DNA of 45,199 bases, taken from positions 1 through 45,199 of the forward strand of contig MRSU01001666.1 in NCBI GenBank assembly GCA_008369845.1, written 5' to 3'. Under the pieces are notes generated by a model. It was not told the origin of the DNA and did not search any database. It worked only from the letters and a program-made list of their open reading frames with translations. Positions 9,901-18,391 of the stretch are shown piece after piece. Made by a program: the position numbers and the translations under genes. Positions within the stretch are counted from its first letter, which is position 1; each line of letters begins with the position of its first letter. This stretch comes from Trichomonas gallinae. Lineage: Eukaryota.

Positions 9901-11404
9901 ATGGGAGGATCCTGTCGCTGAATACGCGCTGATGGTCGGCGTCTTCAGGTATGGTATGCACGAACTCACAGCAATTCCGGAAGACAAAGAACTCGGACTA
10001 GGCTCAGCGAGACCGCTCACACGCAGTGCAATCGAAAAGCGCACGAGAGAGCTATATGTTCAACTCGAAAAAGAATTCACAGATGAAAAGCTCGATGTTG
10101 ATATTCCTGATGACTTCACTCCATTGTTGCCATCTGAGTGGAAGACTAAGCACCAGTCAGTACTCGCAAGAAAAGAACTGTATGACAGCGAAGTATTATC
10201 ACTTTTCCAGGCGATGTGCGCTATTGGCGCTCCAGAGACAGAAGACGGCTCGATGGTCGACTGGGAGAGACTCCGCCAGTGGGCAAAGCTTTCACTAGTC
10301 ACAACGCGCGCCGTCGAAGAAGTTGCTCAGCAAATCATCGACCTCAGCAACCAGGAAGTTGAAGGCGTTTCAAACACAGATGACGAAGGACAAGAAGGCG
10401 AAGGTGACAAGAACTCTGTCGACCTCACAGCATATGACAAGCTTAAATGCGTTCAAGGAAAGATTGCCAAGAAAGACGTAAGAAAAGTTCACCAGTCAAT
10501 CAAAGACATGGAGAAGATCTACAGATTCCTTCAAAAGCATTCGCACAGGCGCATCGAGACACTCAAGAATGCCCCAAAAATGAACAACGGGCCAGAATGG
10601 TGGACGTGGGAGCACGATCTTGCTCTCATCCAAAACATCGCCAAATACGGCCTCCAGGCTACATCTGTCTGGGTTGTAGACAAAGATGGGCCATTCAGGC
10701 AGCAAATTCCTATAGAGCTTGTTGAATCTTTCGATGAAGCTGCAGCTAAAGAGAAAGAAAAGCTTGGAAAGGGTAAAGCTGTCAAACCGGCAGACCAAGG
10801 CCCTCTTGCTTTCTTGTTCAGAGAGCGCACAAGAGTTGCCAGAGCAACAGCTGTTATACAGTATGTTTCTAAAGAGCACGAAAAGGCAAAAAAACACTCA
10901 ACTAAAGAACACGGTACTGACAAGAAGAAAGACGATTTTGTCATCAAAGCCAAGGATCTCAAAGTTTTGTCACTTGGTGAAATCATCAACAACAAGGCTT
11001 TCATTAAAAAGTCTTACGTTTGCCCAGTTGGCTACGTTGCTATGAGAAGATATAAGTTCCCGAACGAGAAGGATTATCATAACTATAAATGCGAAGTCCT
11101 TGCCGACAAGGGAAGGCCTTTATTCCGTGTTACATTGATGCTCGATACTCCAAGGGTATATGAGTCAGACGATCCAAACCTTGTCTTCAAGGGAATAATT
11201 GAAGATGCTATTAAGGATCCAACAGTCAAGAAACCTTCTATTAAGGGAACATTCTTCTTCGGACTCGTTCACAAAGACGTGAAAACAGAGCTTTACAATC
11301 TTCCTGGCGGAAATGTTATATCATGCCTCATCCAGGAGCCAAAGACATTAGATATCAGAATCCCACTCCAATACGTCAAGATAGAAGATATCATGAAGGT
11401 ATAA
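6926..11404 (+). CDS. CHD-family (CHD6-9/Kismet-like) SNF2 chromatin remodeller with tandem chromodomains and a C-terminal FYRN/FYRC domain
   Basis: Chromodomains [16 protein letters not shown] and [17 protein letters not shown]. SNF2 motifs [43 protein letters not shown] and [21 protein letters not shown]. FYR-like segments VLSLGEI...[10 protein letters not shown]...YKCEV...PLFRV and FFFGL...LPG. Confidence 0.93.
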   Translation: [1492 protein letters not shown]

Positions 11405-12326
11405 TATTATTTATTTTTATTATTATATATTATTTTTGTTATAAGAGAATATCTGAATAAAGCTATTTGATTTTTTTTCATGAAACATATTATGCTTCTA
11501 AATTTGAAATCTATCAGAACGAAGTCTTCGTTGTATTTAAACGACTTCCATGGCTCTCATAAATAAATAATTATTTCTTGTGAGAGTCAAGAAAAACACC
11601 CTTTTTTGCTCATTACTACACATATAGCATCGGACAAATTAAGAAATAAAACGTGGAAATAAAAGCTCTAATTGACTTTTTATTAAATATGCGAAATATT
11701 TCAATTTGCGCTCATTTTATGCATGTATGCCAGATATGGAAACATACATTGAATGTAGGACAAAAATTTTGTGCAGATCGAAATCAACCCCAAGAACCTG
11801 ATTATGATTCCAATCTACACCAAAGAGGTAGCATCGGAATTAGTGATTTTGCATCAAGATTCTCTTCCACATCCACGAAGAACATAATAGATCCTTGGGA
11901 AGAAAATTGTCGAAATGTCAAATATTTTGTAAATTTATGACAGTAATGAATACTTTACATGACCAAAATAGTTTTTAAGAGTCATTTTATTTTCCTGACT
12001 GTAGAATGGCACAGCAAATGACTTCATTTCAATCGCCTGATCCTATATTACATGATGCACGATGTAATAATTGTTTTTTAGTTAGTAACGTTTTTTGTCG
12101 AAAATGCGATTTAATTTTAAGTAGTAGTTTTCATCGATATAACTTGATGTTATTCATCACAACTACAGTCGAATACTGAATCCGGGTCTCAGATAAATAT
12201 TGTATAAGTTATAATATGATTGTAATGAACCAAACATTCTTCCTTCACTCATTGTTGTTACAGACTGCTAAAAAAGATAATATTTTAGATGAAAAGAGAT
12301 ATTTATTAGATAGTCAAATAAATAAA

Positions 12327-13580
12327 TTATTTTTGGTGCATCTGTGTCAAGAATGTAAGAAGAACACCAATCAAAACGCCAATATTTGTGGAAACAACAA
12401 TTGTGAAAACACCAAGATCGATTTCTTCCTTTGAGAATTTCGGATTTGTGGCTGTGTATGTAATGCAAAGACCACCGAAGTAGCCACCAGTAGTAGCGAG
12501 GATGAAAGTGAGGATATCAATGTAAACATCATCTTTGAGCGGTTTGATGATGTTTTCGATTGGTAAGACATAGAGAGGGATGAATAAAAGTCTGCAAATG
12601 TGTGGAAGCCAAACCCATTTTGCGGATGGCCATGATGTCCATCTTGCGATGAGTCTACCGGCGACATCTCCAATCATGAATGAGAAGAGAATGATTGTTA
12701 TGTACCAGTTTCCCAAATTGTGGTGGTCGCCAACCTCGAAGCAATAACCTGGGAAGAAGGTGAGTGTGATAGCCATGTTCATCATAGCGACAAGGAAGAG
12801 AACCCAGATCTTTGAGAAGATAGTTTTGATTCTCTTGAGTCTGAATAAGAAATCGCTTGATGTCTGAGCTAATTTCAATCTTGCTTGGCAAAGTTCTGTC
12901 TTTTGGAATAAGTGGAAAGCAAGAACTGTACCGAAGTTCATGACTAATGGCCAGAACAAGTAGAACCAGCCTTGCTTCTTGAGTTGAGATTGGTCTTCTC
13001 CTTCTCTCCAGATAGCCTTGGAAATCATTCTGAGGATGGATGTAACTAAGCCACCGATGGCAACACCTGTGTTGGCCATAGTTGATGTCTTATCACCGAA
13101 AAGGCCGGCAAAGCCCATTGATGAACCGAACATAACAGATTGCATAAGGGATGTTGATGCAGCGAGAAAGTATATAATGTAGTATTTATGATTGCCAATA
13201 GGAGTTAAATTGACGTAAAAGTAGACAACAACTTGAACGCAGGCCATAGCAGTCAAAGATACATATAATCTGAGCCTGAGTGTGAATCTTTCAATGAATG
13301 GGAGCGCGCAAAGATTGAAAACTTCAGACGAAACAATTAAAACTCTTCCCAACTCGTAGTTTATTTGATCTCTTTTTACGAGTGCATAGTAATAATCAAC
13401 ACCGTTAAGGAAAGTGTTGTAGCTGAACAAAATGTTTGTACCGATGAACAAAAATAACATTTCGAGGCCGAATGTGACCTTGACATCATTATTACTTGTC
13501 TTATCATCCTTAAGATCCTCAATATCAGAGTCCTTCTTATCGATATCTTGAACTGTCCTGGCTTCCTCTTGGTCACTCAT
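12327..13580 (-). CDS. Equilibrative nucleoside transporter (ENT/SLC29 family)
   Basis: About 11 hydrophobic segments; ENT motifs GTNILFSYNTFL, TLTFFPG, GDVAGR, RLLFIPLY and TGGYFG. Initiator-like TCATTA at 13607-13602. Confidence 0.92.
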   Translation of the reverse strand: MSDQEEARTVQDIDKKDSDIEDLKDDKTSNNDVKVTFGLEMLFLFIGTNILFSYNTFLNGVDYYYALVKRDQINYELGRVLIVSSEVFNLCALPFIERFTLRLRLYVSLTAMACVQVVVYFYVNLTPIGNHKYYIIYFLAASTSLMQSVMFGSSMGFAGLFGDKTSTMANTGVAIGGLVTSILRMISKAIWREGEDQSQLKKQGWFYLFWPLVMNFGTVLAFHLFQKTELCQARLKLAQTSSDFLFRLKRIKTIFSKIWVLFLVAMMNMAITLTFFPGYCFEVGDHHNLGNWYITIILFSFMIGDVAGRLIARWTSWPSAKWVWLPHICRLLFIPLYVLPIENIIKPLKDDVYIDILTFILATTGGYFGGLCITYTATNPKFSKEEIDLGVFTIVVSTNIGVLIGVLLTFLTQMHQK

Positions 13581-14170
13581 GACTAGATGGAAATAAAAAA
13601 ATAATGATTACTAGGGCAATTGTAATTTTTCTTTCAAAAATTCATTTTTCAATGCTGCACAATTTTCATTGAATTGGCTTGAAATTCTCTCAATAATTTG
13701 AATCGAAGTGTCATATCTAATCCGCATTCGGATTCATATTATTAACATTGCTGCATTGGTCACCACCAGATAAAATATAGTGTCAGGCTGATAAAATCTG
13801 CAACATTTACAAAATTGAGATATGTTGCGCTGCCTTATCATCTATTAAAATAATACATATTATATATTGATCGCTACGTTTATTTGTGAAACAAACCAAG
13901 TTTGAATAATTTGAAAAATATTTATATAATATGTATTAGATTTCTTTTATATATTATATTTGTGAAATAAACAGGTTTGAATGATTTGAGAAAGAAAATT
14001 ATATTTTATAAATTTATCCATGTCAAAACGATGTTAAAATGATCTGTAATCTTGTCATTACTATGCTTTAAATATTAAATTAAAAGATTTCAGATATAAA
14101 AATAAACGCAAGGAATAAAGATATTTTGTTATTCTTCCCATTACATCATACGCACGGAAAATATTATAAA

Positions 14171-15257
14171 ATGGACTCAATCGGTTTATTTTTCAGTTGA
14201 TATCGTTTTTTCTTACAAATGAGTTACAGTCAGGGTGATTTTTGGATGGAGGACACTTCAATTATATGTTTTAAAACTAATGAAAAATATTTCTCTTAAA
14301 ATTTTTGACAGTTTGAGAAGGAAAATTTTTTTGTTCAAAAAAATCATATATTATTGAAGAGCATCATATGCTGATGGACAAAAATGGGTTTCTCAAATTC
14401 CTGCTCTCATTTTATATTAAAACGATTCCCTGACATATTCAAGAATATGTGAACCCACCATATTCATCAACAGAGCGGCTATGTTAAAATCAACTGCGAA
14501 TTTCAATTAATACATTTGCTATTTTTTCCATTCCTAAGGAATTACTTATAAATGTAGAATTGTTGAAATTTATTGCATCATTTCGTGTAAAGAACAATTA
14601 TCTGCACATCCTGCAAGTTTTTTGAGGTCTTTATCAAAAAGACAAACAAAATTTATAATGGAAAGAAGCCGCAAATGAAATTTTAACGCAAAAGTTACAT
14701 AATATCGATCTAACAAGAATACTGACTCTATATATGCATGTGTTGCACGAGAAAATGCAGTTACAGCGATTTCGAGTATTTCTGAAAAAACGAAATTGCT
14801 TTAAATTTATGCATTTACACGATAAAATGGTATTATTTCATCAGCAAAACATCATGGTATCAAATAATAGACATTTCTCTCTATTATTTGGATTGATAAT
14901 CTTATCAACGTTTATATTACTTATCACAAGCCTGATAAAGGATTTATGCATTTCGTACTATTGCGAGTTTTACCACAAGTCGAATCAACTCCCATAGAAC
15001 AATATATTCATATCATCCCAAAGTCTAAAACAAATGATTTCTGCCATGAGAATCTCAACACATATCTGTTCTGATTATTTCCAGTGAAAAACAGCTATTC
15101 TTGTGGATTACAAAAATTTTGCGAAACATATATAACCTGTAAATGAAACGAACAGTTTGCTGATTTACATGTTTATACTGTGTAAAAACGAAATCAATAC
15201 TACAGGATAAATAATACTACGACAGAAAAATCAAATTTGAATATGATTTGGTTTTAA
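14171..15257 (+). pseudogene. Probable decayed protein-coding relic
   Basis: Protein-like reading with sparse stops and apparent frameshifts, e.g. HIQEYVNPPYSSTERLC*NQLRISINTFAIFSIPKELLINVELLKFIASF... and IWIDNLINVYITYHKPDKGFMHFVLLRVLPQVESTPIEQYIHIIPK... No family recognised. Confidence 0.4.
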
Positions 15258-15555
15258 AGTTGATTGATAATGGATTTCGCTTTTTGGGAATAATTTTTAT
15301 AGTATGCTATTTTGCACTGTCCAATCCGCTCTCAAAATATTTTTCAATTGTTTTTGTAAATATGGTTGATTTTCTAGTTGTTTTACCTAAATTTTTCTTG
15401 CAGATAATGAGTTAGGATGGGAAATTCAGATCGAATCCTTGCAAAATAATTTCGTAAAAATAAATTTTATGAAACAAAACAAAATAAACATATTCTTATT
15501 CAGAGTGAGTGTTTTTTGTGAGTATGTGAATGATTAAATTGACTGATAAATTTAA

Positions 15556-17772
15556 TCAATTCAATAAACTAAATGTTGGAGCGCCTTTACCAATTGTATC
15601 AATGTAATCGCTTTCATCATCAGAGTAGCTCTCATACTCTGTCTCTTCTGAAACAACTTTCTCGACTTTGAGCATTTTCATCAGCCAATCTTCCTGACTC
15701 TGCTCGGTCGACAAAATGTCATCGCACGGCCACCTCTTTTCGTAGTCAGAGACTGGCTCATATGTGTAGCCCTGGTCGACAAGGAACTGCTGCCTTCGAG
15801 CTGAGTATTTGAGGTCTGATGTTATATCTGAGACAATTGAGTAAAAGAAAGCATTGTATTCTTCTCTGTTTCCTGATTTTGGTCTCAAAACTCTTCCGAG
15901 CCTCTGACTCTCCTGCATTCTCGCACCATAGTTAGAACACACTTGTATGACAACACTGGCTGCCGGAAGATCTATTGCCTTATCGCCAACAGATGATAAA
16001 ATAATCGTGTTGACTTTGTTGCCGTTTTTGAATTCGTGGAATATCGACTGTCTGACGCTTTCTGACGTTTCTCCGTGTATTTCTGGCGCATGTAAGACTG
16101 AAGCCAGCTGCAAAAGAATATGAATAATATCGCAAAAGACAAGAATTTTGTCGCCGCGTCTTTCATGCTGCTTGATTATTCCAGCAACGCATCTGATTTT
16201 GTTTGGATTCGATGACGCTAAGATTCTTTGCCTGAAATGATCCGATTCGCAGTATTTCTTGAAGAAAGGAGCTGTCATTGGCACAGTGACTTCCAGACAC
16301 TTAACTCTAGCTAAGTATCCTTGCTCACTCAGCTCCAGCCAGTTTGCTTCGTATAATTTTGGTCCAACCAAATATCTTAAGTCGTCGATTTTATCGTCTT
16401 CACGGACCAATGTTGCAGTCAAGCCTAACCTTGTGTGCGCTCTCGCTATATCTGTCACATTTCGAAATGTATTTGCCGCTGAATCTTGGACTTCATCGAG
16501 AATAAGTAGTCCCCAGTCCCTGCTCTTTATCTGGTCGATGATCATCTGGGATTTGTCGGCTCTTTTGTTTGGATTGGAAAGCATTGAATAAGTAGAAATC
16601 AAGATACATAGCCCTGTTTGCGGTATTGGAGTTTTCTCGTTGTCGCTGAACATGATAATCTTGCGCATATCCATCTGTGCGTATTGAAGAATCTGATTAT
16701 ACCATTGCTTGATTGTTAACTTGTTATTGCAGACAATAACTGTTGGCTTGTTGATTGTTGCAAGTGCAGCAATGCCAACAAGAGTTTTGCCGGAGCCACA
16801 AGGCAAAACAATAATTCCCGAAATTGATCTTCCACCTGAAAACATTTTTGTAAGTGCTTTCTCTTGGTATGGTCTGATTCTTGTTGTATTCTTGAGAGAA
16901 ATACCAAGGTTTTCGATTGTTTTGTCATTTTGAAAATCGTATTCATCGGAAATAAACAAACTATGATCAACAGCGTATTGGCGGATCTCTCTAACTGACT
17001 CTGTTTTAATTTGAAAACGTAGAATTGTTTGTTTTTCAAGTGGTTTATCTAATAAATCATCAATTCCTTCAGTAATTTGTTCTACTTTTGTTTGGTATGA
17101 TGCTTCACCGATACCAGATATGATTGTTTCAACTTCTTCTCGCTTAACTTTCAAAAATTTCGTATGTTTATATGTTTTTTCATCAGGGCCAGGTAAAACA
17201 TGTCTTTCTGCGAAAAATGGATTTGCTATGAGTTCTTGAAGTCTTGCAATTTCATTTGATTCGATATAATACTTGGTGTCTTTTAAAACTAATTTTAATT
17301 TTCCTACTGATAGACAACATTGCTCAATATGTTTCTTAAATTCATCTGTAAGTGGAGTTTTACTTATTATCGATAGAATTCGAATGATTTCTTTTGAAGT
17401 TAAGCCAATCGAAACTGCAGAAAAAATTGAGTAAGGATTTATTTGATATTCTTGAATATATTTTGGTCTAGAACATGGATCAGCTATTGCTATGATGAAA
17501 TCAACGACTTTTGAATAGAATTGAGAAAATGTTTCGAGAAAAATGTGTCCATCAGGCATAATAATAGCAGGTCTATTCTGAGAGCCTTCAAGTATATACA
17601 AATCTGGAAAGTATTTGTAAACATTCGATCGAGATCTAGTTTCTCCATTAAAAAAATTGGATTCTAATTCGTAAATCTTTGCTTTGCTTGCATGATTTTT
17701 ATTTCGTTTCCTTTTAACGAGAATTTTAGTATGTTGTGGTTCTTCTGTTGGCTCCAATTCTTCCTCATTCAT
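15556..17772 (-). CDS. XPB: TFIIH helicase/translocase XPB (ERCC3/Rad25/Ssl2)
   Basis: N-terminal domain RPAIIMPDGHIFLETFS...DFIIAIADPCSRPKYIQEYQI; IRPYQEKAL; Walker A SGIIVLPCGSGKT; LGLTATLVREDDKI (RED motif); GPKLYEANWLEL; QESQRLGRVLRPK. Confidence 0.96.
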   Translation of the reverse strand: MNEEELEPTEEPQHTKILVKRKRNKNHASKAKIYELESNFFNGETRSRSNVYKYFPDLYILEGSQNRPAIIMPDGHIFLETFSQFYSKVVDFIIAIADPCSRPKYIQEYQINPYSIFSAVSIGLTSKEIIRILSIISKTPLTDEFKKHIEQCCLSVGKLKLVLKDTKYYIESNEIARLQELIANPFFAERHVLPGPDEKTYKHTKFLKVKREEVETIISGIGEASYQTKVEQITEGIDDLLDKPLEKQTILRFQIKTESVREIRQYAVDHSLFISDEYDFQNDKTIENLGISLKNTTRIRPYQEKALTKMFSGGRSISGIIVLPCGSGKTLVGIAALATINKPTVIVCNNKLTIKQWYNQILQYAQMDMRKIIMFSDNEKTPIPQTGLCILISTYSMLSNPNKRADKSQMIIDQIKSRDWGLLILDEVQDSAANTFRNVTDIARAHTRLGLTATLVREDDKIDDLRYLVGPKLYEANWLELSEQGYLARVKCLEVTVPMTAPFFKKYCESDHFRQRILASSNPNKIRCVAGIIKQHERRGDKILVFCDIIHILLQLASVLHAPEIHGETSESVRQSIFHEFKNGNKVNTIILSSVGDKAIDLPAASVVIQVCSNYGARMQESQRLGRVLRPKSGNREEYNAFFYSIVSDITSDLKYSARRQQFLVDQGYTYEPVSDYEKRWPCDDILSTEQSQEDWLMKMLKVEKVVSEETEYESYSDDESDYIDTIGKGAPTFSLLN

Positions 17773-18391
17773 AAAACTAAATTAAAAAAATTTTGACTCA
17801 TTCACGTGCGCATTTTTGACAATTTATAGATTGTTTGAACCAAGATATTTAGATCATTCATCCTTAATTCAATAGATAACACTTATATAGATATATTATA
17901 CTATTAACAATATTTATTCCATCTTATAAATTCGCTTCAAAATCAAAAATAATATTCATATTGTTTACTGGAAAAGAATCTTCAATAAACTAGATAATTC
18001 TTATTGAAACAGCATATATACATGTATACAAATATATCTACATAGAAAAAATAATAGATAATTTTTTGACTAAATCGATTTGTAAAATTGACGAAATATG
18101 CTATAAAATCATCATCATTGCATTTAAAATCATTTCAACGATATATATCATGCATACTTTTTGGAAAGACTAATTATCTAAATGAACATGATAATCCTTC
18201 AAAGCATGCAAAACATGATTAGAAAAAATATCAGCAAAATGTTAATTGGAATTTATTGTATTATGATTCTTCCTTCATTTTTTGGCTTGTTGACATGTAA
18301 GAAAGTATAACCTGCAAATTGTTGATAATGATAAATAAATAATAAATGAAGTATTTAAACATTTATAAATAATATTTAAACATATAAAAAT

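Noticed and set aside
11653..12200. 95-aa ORF and adjacent open stretches between CHD and ENT
   Set aside because: Non-ATG start in the ORF track, several frames equally plausible and no recognisable motif; could be a relic but is unsupported.
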